Shown in pieces: positions 37,788-46,700 of a DNA stretch of 64,000 nucleotides. A program made the translations under genes and the position numbers. How positions within the stretch are numbered: the first letter of the stretch is position 1; the number at the start of each line of letters is the position of its first letter. The stretch comes from Candidatus Multivorans sp. (lineage in GTDB: Bacteria; Acidobacteriota; Thermoanaerobaculia; Multivoradales; Multivoraceae). Location of the stretch: NCBI GenBank assembly GCA_965247095.1, contig OZ251997.1, forward strand, positions 4,387,689 to 4,451,688, in the 5' to 3' direction. The notes under the pieces are model-generated. The model worked only from the letters and a program-made list of their open reading frames with translations, did no database searches and was not told the origin of the DNA.

Positions 37788-40075
37788 CGCAACCGGCACG
37801 CGCGCACGACTGCACCAGTTGCCCGGCGCATCACCTCGGCAATTTGGTCCGGCTCGGCGTCGACATGAGCAACTGGGACTACGTCGTCGCCCTGGCCGGC
37901 AATCCGAACACCGGCAAGAGCACGGTGTTCAACGCGCTCACCGGCCTGCGCCAGCACACCGGCAACTGGCCCGGCAAGACCGTGACCCGCGCCGAGGGCG
38001 GTTTCGAGTACGGCGGCGACCGCTACAAGCTGGTCGACCTGCCCGGGACCTACTCGCTGCTCTCGTCGAGTCTCGACGAGGAGGCGGCCCGCGACTTCAT
38101 CCTCTTCGCGCGCCCGGACGTGACCGTGGTCGTCGTCGATGCGACGTGCCTGGAGCGGAACCTGAACCTGGCGCTCCAGGTACTGGAGATCACGGACCGC
38201 GCCGTCGTGTGCCTCAACGTGATGGACGAGGCGCGTCGCAAGGGGTTGACCGTCGATGCGCGGCGCCTGGCGCGGGATCTGGGCGTGCCGGTGGTGGCGA
38301 CGGCGGCTCGCTCGGGCGAGGGGCTTGAGGAACTGAACCGGGTCGTCGCGGAAGTGGCAACGGGCGCCTATCGTTGCCGCCCGCGCCGGGTGGGCGGCCG
38401 ATCTCCAGTGCTGAGCGAGGCGACCCGGCGGTTGTCCGGAGCGATTCAGGACGCGTTCCCCCTGCTGCCGAATCCGCAGTGGGTCGCGCTTCGGCTGCTC
38501 GACGGCGACCGCACCCTTGCCGCCGCCGTGGAGAGTGGTTCCTTGGCCGAGCTGGTCGATCTGGGAGTGCGGGAGGAGGGCGGCGTTCCGGAGGTCGCCG
38601 AACCGGAGGCGACCCAGGCGGCTGCCGTCGAGTTGGCGGAACCCTCAATCGACGCCGAACCCGTCGCCCGCGCGGCGGTACTCGAACTGGCCGGCAAACT
38701 GCGCTGGCGCGTAGGCCGGAACTTCCACCAGGCGCTGACCGAGGCGGTCTACGCCGAGGCCGCCCGCATCGCCGACCGCGCCGTCTCGCGCGACGGTGAA
38801 CGCCGGCACTTCGACTTCGACGCCAGTTTCGACCGGGTGGTGACCAGCCGGGTGTTCGGCTTCCCGCTCATGCTGCTCATGCTGACGGTCGTCTTCTGGC
38901 TCACGATCGCGGGCGCCAACGTGCCGTCGTCGATGCTCGCCTCGCTCCTGATCGACACCGTGCATCCGCTGCTCAAGCAGGTGGCCGCCGCCTTCGGGCT
39001 GGTCTGGTGGCTCGACGGCCTGCTGATCGACGGCGTCTATCTGGCGACAGCCTGGGTGGTCGCCGTGATGCTGCCGCCGATGGCGATCTTCTTCCCGCTG
39101 TTCACGCTGCTCGAGGACTTCGGCTACCTGCCGCGCGTGGCGTTCAACCTCGACCGCATGTTCCACCGCGTCGGCGCTCACGGCAAGCAGTCGCTGACGA
39201 TGGCCATGGGTTGGGGCTGCAACGCGGCGGCGATCATCTCGACGCGGATCATCGACAGTCCGCGCGAGCGCCTGATCGCGATCATCACGAACAACTTCTC
39301 GCTCTGTAACGGCCGCTGGCCGACCCAGATCCTGATCGCCTCGATCTTCATCGGCGGTCTCGTGCCGGCGCACATCGCGGGCGCCGTGTCCGCGCTGTCG
39401 GTGGTCGCGATCGCTGTGCTGGGCGTGCTCTTGACCTTCGCCGTGTCCTGGTTCCTGTCGCGCACCGTGCTGCGGGGCGAGGCGTCCGCGTTCTCCCTCG
39501 AACTGCCGCCGTACCGCCCGCCGCGGGTGCTGCAGACGATCTACACCTCGATCATCGACCGCACGCTGATCGTGCTCTGGCGGGCGGTCGTGTTCGCGGC
39601 GCCGGCCGGTGCGGTCATCTGGCTGCTCAGCAACATCCGCGCCGGCGATGCGTCGCTGGCCGAGAACCTGATCGGCGCCCTGGACCCGTTCGGCTTCGCG
39701 CTCGGCCTGTCCGGGATCATCCTCGTCGCCTACATCATCGCGATACCCGCGAACGAGATCGTGATCCCGACCATCCTCATGCTGGCCGTGCTCGTCGCCG
39801 GCGTTCCGGGGGTCGGCGCAGGCGCCGGCGTCATGTTCGAGCTCGACTCCGAGGCCGCCACGGCCGGCGTCCTCAAGGCCGGCGGCTTCACGCTGCTGAC
39901 CGCCGTCTGCCTGATGCTCTTCTCCCTCGTCCACAACCCCTGCTCGACCACCCTCTACACCATCTGGAGGGAGACCCGCAGCGTCCGCTGGACCGCGGTT
40001 TCAGCCCTGCTGCCCGTGGCCATGGGCTTCGTGCTCTGCTTCGCCGTTGCCCAGGTCTGGCGGGCGCTGAGCTAG
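37784..40075 (+). CDS. feoB: Ferrous iron transporter FeoB
   Basis: G-protein domain ([19 protein letters not shown]) plus a polytopic membrane domain. The ATG at 37784 overlaps the upstream stop (ATGA). An alternative start at [15 protein letters not shown] (~37865) fits the canonical FeoB N-terminus better. Confidence 0.9.
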   Translation: MTQPARAHDCTSCPAHHLGNLVRLGVDMSNWDYVVALAGNPNTGKSTVFNALTGLRQHTGNWPGKTVTRAEGGFEYGGDRYKLVDLPGTYSLLSSSLDEEAARDFILFARPDVTVVVVDATCLERNLNLALQVLEITDRAVVCLNVMDEARRKGLTVDARRLARDLGVPVVATAARSGEGLEELNRVVAEVATGAYRCRPRRVGGRSPVLSEATRRLSGAIQDAFPLLPNPQWVALRLLDGDRTLAAAVESGSLAELVDLGVREEGGVPEVAEPEATQAAAVELAEPSIDAEPVARAAVLELAGKLRWRVGRNFHQALTEAVYAEAARIADRAVSRDGERRHFDFDASFDRVVTSRVFGFPLMLLMLTVVFWLTIAGANVPSSMLASLLIDTVHPLLKQVAAAFGLVWWLDGLLIDGVYLATAWVVAVMLPPMAIFFPLFTLLEDFGYLPRVAFNLDRMFHRVGAHGKQSLTMAMGWGCNAAAIISTRIIDSPRERLIAIITNNFSLCNGRWPTQILIASIFIGGLVPAHIAGAVSALSVVAIAVLGVLLTFAVSWFLSRTVLRGEASAFSLELPPYRPPRVLQTIYTSIIDRTLIVLWRAVVFAAPAGAVIWLLSNIRAGDASLAENLIGALDPFGFALGLSGIILVAYIIAIPANEIVIPTILMLAVLVAGVPGVGAGAGVMFELDSEAATAGVLKAGGFTLLTAVCLMLFSLVHNPCSTTLYTIWRETRSVRWTAVSALLPVAMGFVLCFAVAQVWRALS

Positions 40076-40102
40076 CTGCGTCGCGCGGCGTCGAACAGGA
40101 CG

Positions 40103-40345
40103 CTACTTGCGCCCGTACCTGCGCTGGAACTTCTCGATCTGGCCGGCGCTGTCGACGAAGTGCTGGCGTCCCGTGTAGAAGGGGTGGGACGCGGACGAGA
40201 TCTCAAGCCGGATCTCGTAGTGCTCGACGCCGTCGATATCCCGGGTGTTCTCGCTGGTCATCGTCGACTGGGAGATGAACTCGGCGTCGGCCGAGGGGTC
40301 GATGAACACGACCGGGTGGAGCTTCGGGTGGATATCGCTCTTCAT
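40103..40345 (-). CDS. rpmE2: 50S ribosomal protein L31 type B (no zinc ribbon)
   Basis: 80-aa core [23 protein letters not shown]...[27 protein letters not shown] with no Cys residues. The listed ORF (to 40528) is extended 5' through a REP copy. Start coordinate is within 1-2 nt. Confidence 0.8.
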   Translation of the reverse strand: MKSDIHPKLHPVVFIDPSADAEFISQSTMTSENTRDIDGVEHYEIRLEISSASHPFYTGRQHFVDSAGQIEKFQRRYGRK

Positions 40346-40469
40346 GATGATCTCGCTCGGGTTGGGATCGGGCGGATGCGTCTTCGCGCAGAAACGCCTC
40401 CGGCGGCGGGCGATCATAGCCGATTCGCGAGCCCGAGTGGCCTGTGGCCGCCCATGCCGGCGCTTCGCG

Positions 40470-40501
40470 CCGGATGCGGGCAGGATGCCCGCGTTCCCAG
40501 G
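40470..40501. repeat. REP-like palindromic element, type A copy
   Basis: ccggatgcgggcaggatgcccgcgttcccagg, in the leuS-rpmE2 intergenic region, preceded by a second small hairpin ggcgcttcgcgcc. Confidence 0.7.
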
Positions 40502-40534
40502 ATCGGAGCGACAGGTGGTTCCCCACATAGGAGG

Positions 40535-43126
40535 TCAGACGACGATGTTGACCAGCCGGCCCGGCACCACGATGACCTTGCGCGGCGCCCTGCCGTCCAT
40601 GAAGCGCCGGGCCTTGGGGGAGGCCAGAGCGAGTTCCTCCAGGGTCGCCCTGTCGGCGTCGGCGGCGACCTGGAGCACGTCGCGCTTCTTGCCCATGACC
40701 TGCACGACGATGTTGATCGTCTCGTCGACCACCAGGGCCGGATCGTAGGCCGGCCAGTCCTGGTGGCAGATCAGGCCCTCGCAACCCAGCCGCGACCACA
40801 ATTCCTCGGCGAGGTGTGGAGCGAAGGGCGAGAGCACGCACAGGAAGGTCATCAGCGCCTCGCGCGGTACGCGGTCGGCGGCGGTCGCCGCGTTGACCCA
40901 GATCATCATCTGCGAGATCGCGGTGTTCATGTCGAGCGTGTCGATGTCCTCGCCGACCTTGCGTACGGTCTTGTGGAGCAGGCGATTCAGTTCGCCGGCG
41001 ACTTCGGCTGCGTCGCTGCTGACCCGGGTGGCGCCGCCGCCGGTCCGCTCGTCCACGACCAGGCGCCAGGTCCGTTGCAGGAAGCGGTGTACGCCGTCGA
41101 CGTCCTTGGTCTGCCAGGGTTTCTGCTGGTCGAGCGGCCCCATGAACAACTCGTGCAGCCGCAGCGTGTCGGCGCCCCAGCGCTCGATCACGTCGTCCGG
41201 GTTGGCGACGTTCAGCTTCGACTTGGACATCTTCTCGACCCGGGCTTCGAGCGCCTCGTCCGTGCCGGCGAGGAACACACGTTCGCCACGCCAGTCCACC
41301 GTGTCGGGGTGGTGGTACTTGCCGCCCTGGTCGCGGTAGCTGTAGGCCAGGATCATCCCCTGGTTGAACAGCCGGGCGAACGGTTCGGACGTCGAGACCA
41401 GCCCCGCGTCGTAGAGCACCTTCTGCCAGAAGCGGGCGTAGAGCAGGTGGAGGACCGCGTGCTCGACGCCGCCGATGTAGAGGTCGACGGGCATCCAGTA
41501 TCGCTCCAGCTCGCGTGACCAGGGCGCCTCCGTGTTGTGAGGATCGATGTAGCGCAGGAAGTACCAGCAGGAGCCTGCCCACTGCGGCATCGTGTTCGTT
41601 TCGCGCCTTGCTTTGCGGCCATCCGGCAGGGTCACGACGAGCCAGTCGTCGCCGGCTCGGGCCAGCGGTGGACGCCCGTCGGCGGTGGGCTTGAACTCGT
41701 CCACTTCGGGCAGCTCGACCGGCAGGTCGTCCTGCGGCACGGGCAGGATCTCGCCGGTGGGCTCGCCGTCGTCGCCGAGCACGTGCAGCACCGGGAAGGG
41801 CTCGCCCCAGTAGCGTTGGCGCGAGAAGAGCCAGTCGCGCAGCCGGTACTCGACGCGCCGGGTGCCGTGGCCCTCAGAGGCGAGCCACTCGATCATCCGT
41901 TCCTTCGCCGCGTCGACCAGGAGGCCGTCGAGGAAGCCGCTGTTGATGGCCGGGCCGTCCTCCAGGTAGGCGTCGCCTTCCCAGCCGGCGGGCGGCGCCA
42001 CCGTGCGGACGATGGGCAGGTCGTACTCCACGGCAAAGTCCCAGTCACGCTGATCCTGGCCGGGAACGCCCATGATCGCGCCGGAGCCGTAGCTCATCAG
42101 CACGTAGTCGGCGACCCAGATCGGGATCGGCTGGCCGGTGGCGGGGTTCGTGGCGTAGGCGCCGGTGAACACGCCGGTCTTGCTCTTGGCCAGGTCGGTG
42201 CGCTGCAACTCGCTCTTGTTCGTCGCCTCGTGCACGTAGGCGTCGACCGCGGCCCGCTGATCGGCGACCGTGATCCTGGCGACCAGGGGATGTTCGGGCG
42301 CCAGCACGCAATAGGTGGCGCCGAACAAGGTGTCGGGACGGGTCGTGAACACGGGGAAGCTGTCGTCGCTATCCGCAATCGGCATGAGGATCTCAGCGCC
42401 GTGCGACTTGCCGATCCAGTTGCGCTGCATCTCCTTGACGTACTCCGGCCAGTCGACCTGGTCGAGGTCTTCCAGCAGACGCTCGGCGTAGGCGGTGATC
42501 CGGAGCATCCACTGCCGCATCGTCCGCCGCTCAACGGGATCGCCGGTGTCGACGTAGGCGCCGTCCTTGATCTCCTCGTTGGCGAGTACGGTGCCCAGCG
42601 CCGGGCACCACCAGACCGGCACGTCCTCCAGGTAGGCGAGGCCGCGCTTGTGGAGCTCCAGGAAGATCCACTGCGTCCAGCGGTAGTAGTCGACCGAGGA
42701 CGTGTCGACTTCGCGCTCCCAGTCGTACGAGAAACCGAGGCGCTCGATCTGCCGCCTGAAGTTGGCGATGTTGCGCTGCGTGATCAGCCGCGGGTGCTCG
42801 TTCTCGCGCACCGCGGCACGCTCCGCCGGCAGGCCGAAGGCGTCCCAACCCATCGGATGGAGGACGTTGAAGCCCTCCATGCGCCGCTTGCGCGCCACCA
42901 CGTCGGTCGCCGTGTAGCCCTCCGGGTGGCCGATGTGCAGCCCCGCCCCGGAGGGGTAGGGGAACATGTCGAGTACGTAGTACTTGGGCCGGCTCGCGAG
43001 GAGCTCGGGGTCGTCCGGGGTCCGGAACGCGCTCTGCTCTCGCCAGATCTGCTGCCACCTGGGCTCGATCTCGGCGGCGTCGTAGACGTGCCGGCGGGGC
43101 CTGGATTCGGGATCCTGCGTCGTCAT
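40535..43126 (-). CDS. leuS: Leucyl-tRNA synthetase
   Basis: 863 aa. HIGH motif (PYPSGAGLHIGHPEGY) and KMSKS (VEKMSKSKLN). Confidence 0.95.
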   Translation of the reverse strand: MTTQDPESRPRRHVYDAAEIEPRWQQIWREQSAFRTPDDPELLASRPKYYVLDMFPYPSGAGLHIGHPEGYTATDVVARKRRMEGFNVLHPMGWDAFGLPAERAAVRENEHPRLITQRNIANFRRQIERLGFSYDWEREVDTSSVDYYRWTQWIFLELHKRGLAYLEDVPVWWCPALGTVLANEEIKDGAYVDTGDPVERRTMRQWMLRITAYAERLLEDLDQVDWPEYVKEMQRNWIGKSHGAEILMPIADSDDSFPVFTTRPDTLFGATYCVLAPEHPLVARITVADQRAAVDAYVHEATNKSELQRTDLAKSKTGVFTGAYATNPATGQPIPIWVADYVLMSYGSGAIMGVPGQDQRDWDFAVEYDLPIVRTVAPPAGWEGDAYLEDGPAINSGFLDGLLVDAAKERMIEWLASEGHGTRRVEYRLRDWLFSRQRYWGEPFPVLHVLGDDGEPTGEILPVPQDDLPVELPEVDEFKPTADGRPPLARAGDDWLVVTLPDGRKARRETNTMPQWAGSCWYFLRYIDPHNTEAPWSRELERYWMPVDLYIGGVEHAVLHLLYARFWQKVLYDAGLVSTSEPFARLFNQGMILAYSYRDQGGKYHHPDTVDWRGERVFLAGTDEALEARVEKMSKSKLNVANPDDVIERWGADTLRLHELFMGPLDQQKPWQTKDVDGVHRFLQRTWRLVVDERTGGGATRVSSDAAEVAGELNRLLHKTVRKVGEDIDTLDMNTAISQMMIWVNAATAADRVPREALMTFLCVLSPFAPHLAEELWSRLGCEGLICHQDWPAYDPALVVDETINIVVQVMGKKRDVLQVAADADRATLEELALASPKARRFMDGRAPRKVIVVPGRLVNIVV

Positions 43127-43242
43127 CTCGGTGGCGCCACCCGGCAGCGGCGCGGGCGGGAAGGGCCGGAAACGCCGGCCCGGCAGCGGAGTGTACCGTC
43201 AGGCGGACCATCTCCGGCCGCTGTCCGCTACCATCCAAGCTC

Positions 43243-44379
43243 ATGGATCCATTGCACGAACAGATGACGTCCTGGCGCCGGGACTTCCACCGCCATCCCG
43301 AACTCGCGTTCGAGGAGGAAGTGACCAGCCGCAAGGTGGCCGAACTGCTCGGGTCCTTCGGCGGCATCGAGGTCCATCGCGGCCTCGCCGGTACCGGCGT
43401 GGTCGGCGTGCTCAAGTCCGGTTCGTCCGAGCGCAGCATCGCGCTCCGGGCGGACATGGACGCGCTGCCGATCGAGGAGGAGAACGAGTTCGAGCACCGC
43501 TCGCAGAACCCCGGCACGATGCACGCCTGCGGCCACGACGGCCACACCGCGATGCTGCTCGGCGCCGCGAAGTACCTCTCCTTGAACCGGTCCTTCGACG
43601 GCACCGTCTACTTCTTCTTCCAACCCGCGGAGGAGAAGGACGGGGGCGCCCGCGTGATGATCGAGGAAGGGCTGTTCGAGCAGTTTCCGGCCGAGGAGGT
43701 CTACGGCGTCCACAACTATCCGGGCATGTCGGTAGGCAACTTCGGCCTCTGCGCCGGGCCGCTGATGGCGGCCATCGACGTGTTCGAGTTCGCCGTAACC
43801 AGCGCCGGCGGCCATGCCGCCTTCCCCCACGGCACGGTGGATCCGATCCCGGTCGCTGCCGAGATCGTGCTCGCCCTGCAGACGATCGTGGCCCGCAACG
43901 TCGACCCGCTGAAGAACGCGGTGGTGTCCGTGACCCGCGTCCACGGCGGTCACGCGGACAACGTGATCCCGAGCCGCGTCGTCCACGGCGGCTGCGTCCG
44001 TACCTTCGCGCCCGAGGTGCAGAAGTTGATCGAACGGCGCATGCGCCAGATCGGCCGCGGCATCTGCAGCGCCCACGGCGCCGGCTTCGAACTCGAGTAC
44101 CGCCGCTACTACCCGGCCACCGTGAACGCCGTCGAACAGACCGAGAAGGCCGCCAACGCCGCCCGCGAGGTCGGCCGCGACGTGATCACCGACATGACCC
44201 CGGTCATGGGCTCCGAAGACTTCGCCTTCATGCTCCAGCAACGCCCCGGCGCCTTCATGTTCCTCGGCAACGGCGACAGCGCCGGCCTCCACACCCCCCG
44301 CTACGACTTCAACGACGAAATCCTCCCACTCGGCCTCCGCTACTGGACCACCTTGGTCGAGACCCAACTCTCGGCCTGA
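43243..44379 (+). CDS. M20-family amidohydrolase (hippurate hydrolase / N-acyl-amino-acid amidohydrolase-like)
   Basis: 378 aa with MHACGHDGHTAMLLGAA and the typical metal-binding His/Glu pattern. Confidence 0.85.
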   Translation: MDPLHEQMTSWRRDFHRHPELAFEEEVTSRKVAELLGSFGGIEVHRGLAGTGVVGVLKSGSSERSIALRADMDALPIEEENEFEHRSQNPGTMHACGHDGHTAMLLGAAKYLSLNRSFDGTVYFFFQPAEEKDGGARVMIEEGLFEQFPAEEVYGVHNYPGMSVGNFGLCAGPLMAAIDVFEFAVTSAGGHAAFPHGTVDPIPVAAEIVLALQTIVARNVDPLKNAVVSVTRVHGGHADNVIPSRVVHGGCVRTFAPEVQKLIERRMRQIGRGICSAHGAGFELEYRRYYPATVNAVEQTEKAANAAREVGRDVITDMTPVMGSEDFAFMLQQRPGAFMFLGNGDSAGLHTPRYDFNDEILPLGLRYWTTLVETQLSA

Positions 44380-44441
44380 TTGCGGCTGTGCGGCTGACGC
44401 ACGCCCGGCGGCTTTGCGGGTTCCACCCGCCGCCGGCGCCG

Positions 44442-45359
44442 CTACGCGCAGTTGCAGAGTTCGATGAAGAAGGCGCGGACGGTGTCGATGAACTCGGGGG
44501 AGGTCAGGGTGTTGAGGTGGTTCGCGCCTTCGATGACGTGGAGGCGGTGCTCCTGCATGACGCCGACCAGGGCGTCGGCGTTGGGCTTCAGGGGATCGTC
44601 GCTGCCGATGATGTTGAGGGTGGGGACCTGGTTGATGCGCAGGAGTTCGGCGCTCAGGTCGAGCGCGGGCATGCCGCGCACCACGGCGGCCAGGGCCAGC
44701 GGGTCGTTCGAGGCGACCATCGCCTGACCGATCGCCTGAACCTGCTCTGATGTCGGCGGTTCGTCCCCGGGCCACAGGAACTCGATCAGCGGACCTCCGC
44801 CCTTGCCCGCCTCGAGCGACGAGGCCAGCGCCCCGTACAGATCGTCGTCGCGCAGTTCGGCGCTCGGCCACCCGGCGCCGCCGACCACCGCGGAGAGCAG
44901 CCGATCGGGCGCCAGGGCGATGAGCTTCATCGTGATGAAACCGCCCATCGAGTAACCGACGACGTTCGCCTGCTGCAGCCTCATGTGGTCGAGCAGATCG
45001 ACGACATCCAGGGCCATGCGCTCGCCGTAGTTCGTCGGGTCGTGCGGCTTGTCGCTCTTGCCGTGGCCGCGCTGGTCGACGGCGATGACCTGAAACTCCT
45101 CGGCCAGGCGGTCGATGATGCCGGCGGCGCCCCAATTCGAGGCGGCGGTGCCGGTGATGCCGTGCAGCAGCACCACCGGGTCGCCGCGGCCCTGGACCTG
45201 GTAGTGGATGGCGACGCCGTCGCTGGCCGTGAAGGTCTGGGTTGTCGCCTCGCTCTGGGCGTAGGCGGCGGTGAACGCGGCGAGCGCGAGCAGCGTTGCC
45301 AGGACGGCGCGGCACATCGGCCGGAACATCGGCCGGAGATTCGTCGTACTCGTATTCAT
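44442..45359 (-). CDS. Alpha/beta-fold hydrolase with signal peptide
   Basis: The ATG at ~45357-45359 is preceded by GGAGG (MNTSTTNLRPMFRPMCRAVLATLLALAAFTAAYAQ). Nucleophile elbow GYSMGG and HGxxG (LLHGITG). Confidence 0.8.
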   Translation of the reverse strand: MNTSTTNLRPMFRPMCRAVLATLLALAAFTAAYAQSEATTQTFTASDGVAIHYQVQGRGDPVVLLHGITGTAASNWGAAGIIDRLAEEFQVIAVDQRGHGKSDKPHDPTNYGERMALDVVDLLDHMRLQQANVVGYSMGGFITMKLIALAPDRLLSAVVGGAGWPSAELRDDDLYGALASSLEAGKGGGPLIEFLWPGDEPPTSEQVQAIGQAMVASNDPLALAAVVRGMPALDLSAELLRINQVPTLNIIGSDDPLKPNADALVGVMQEHRLHVIEGANHLNTLTSPEFIDTVRAFFIELCNCA

Positions 45360-45466
45360 GGAGGTCCTCCGAGGTTGGCGAAGGCTAGCAAGCCACCGGT
45401 GGAAGCGCTCGCTCCGATAGGCTCGTTTCCGTCGAGCCCCTGTGACCAACGCCGGAGGAGTCGCTG

Positions 45467-45931
45467 ATGAGCGCAACGAACACGGAACAGACGGAGCAGG
45501 AGTCGAAGTCCCGGTCGCTGGTGGACTCGGCCGTGGAGACGGCGCACAAGGTCGCGCTCGCCGGCGTCGGTGTCGCGGGCGAGGCGGCCGATGCGGGGGT
45601 CAAGGTCTTCGACCGGCTGGTCGAGCGCGGCGAGAAGATCGAGGCGCAGGGGAAGGTGTCTCTCGATGCACTACGGGTCAAGGCCGAGGAGCGCGTCGGG
45701 CAGGTGCGCACCGTGGCCGGAGAGCGGTTCGAGAAGACCCGGGCCCGGGCCAGGTCCGGGATTGACGAGCAGTTGGAGCGCCGGCTGGAGAAGATCGGGG
45801 TGCCCGGCAAGGCTGACTTCCAAGCGGTGGTCGAGCGGCTGAGCGCGATCGAGGCGCGCCTCGAGGCGCTGGAGAAGAAGCCGAAGCCGCGGCGGCGGAC
45901 GGCGAAGAAGGCGCCGGCGAAGGCCGAGTAG
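45467..45931 (+). CDS. Phasin-family protein (PHA-granule-associated protein)
   Basis: 154 aa, coiled-coil, Ala/Glu/Lys-rich with a basic C-terminus (KKPKPRRRTAKKAPAKAE). Confidence 0.6.
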   Translation: MSATNTEQTEQESKSRSLVDSAVETAHKVALAGVGVAGEAADAGVKVFDRLVERGEKIEAQGKVSLDALRVKAEERVGQVRTVAGERFEKTRARARSGIDEQLERRLEKIGVPGKADFQAVVERLSAIEARLEALEKKPKPRRRTAKKAPAKAE

Positions 45932-46003
45932 CCGGTCCGTCTTCGATCTCAGCGTCCACTCAGGTTGACGCTGCACACTCAAAGCTCGCTTCGAGGAGGC
46001 TGA

Positions 46004-46663
46004 GTGACGATGAAGACAGTGAGGAGTTCCCGGGCTTGGATTCCGGCAATGCTGATCGTAGTGTGGTCTCACGCGGCCCCGGGCCTGGCAGAAGACGGCA
46101 GGTTCGATCTGGGCTTCCGTACGGACATTGGTCTGGGTACCGGCCATCCTTCCAACGACATTCCGGGGTACAGCCTGTTCGGTCACTACGGGCTCAACGA
46201 GCGCTGGAACATCGGCTTCGGCCTGGATCACTCGCCGGCATTCGACTTTGAACGAACACCCGGCGTTCTGGGACTGGAGACGCCGGAAGTGATCGACGCC
46301 AAGGGTGCGTCCACGACGTTCTCAGGCTGGCTGGAACGCGTCTACGCGCGCCCTGAAGGTCGCATCGAGTGGTTCTGGAATGTCGGCCTGGGGTTCAGTT
46401 CGGTCGACATGAAGGACGTGGCGGGACCCGTAGTGGGAGGAGGCGCCTTCGACATCGCGACAGACGCCGGAAGCGAGTTTCTGGCCATGGTCGGCGTGGG
46501 TGTGAGGTTCTGGTTCGGCGACAGTTGGGGGTTCGAGTTCGCGATTCACCATGATCGGCATTTTGCGGACTGGAAGCTGACGGATCGAGTCTCAGGCAGG
46601 ACCGGAACGGTCTCCGACTACGAAGTGAACACGATCAACGTAGGTTTCCTGAAGAGGTTCTGA
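46004..46663 (+). CDS. Outer-membrane beta-barrel protein (OmpW/OmpA-like small porin)
   Basis: 219 aa with a signal peptide, alternating hydrophobic beta-strand pattern and a C-terminal aromatic residue (GFLKRF). Confidence 0.6.
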   Translation: MTMKTVRSSRAWIPAMLIVVWSHAAPGLAEDGRFDLGFRTDIGLGTGHPSNDIPGYSLFGHYGLNERWNIGFGLDHSPAFDFERTPGVLGLETPEVIDAKGASTTFSGWLERVYARPEGRIEWFWNVGLGFSSVDMKDVAGPVVGGGAFDIATDAGSEFLAMVGVGVRFWFGDSWGFEFAIHHDRHFADWKLTDRVSGRTGTVSDYEVNTINVGFLKRF

Positions 46664-46700
46664 ACCCGGGCTCTTGGGGCCACGCGGACGACCTGCCGGG

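Noticed and set aside
38645-39934. 429-aa minus-strand ORF inside feoB
   Set aside because: Antisense to a canonical FeoB with intact G-domain and membrane domain. Asp/Arg/Gly-rich.
41537-43267. 576-aa plus-strand ORF
   Set aside because: Antisense to leuS (HIGH and KMSKS motifs intact on the minus strand).
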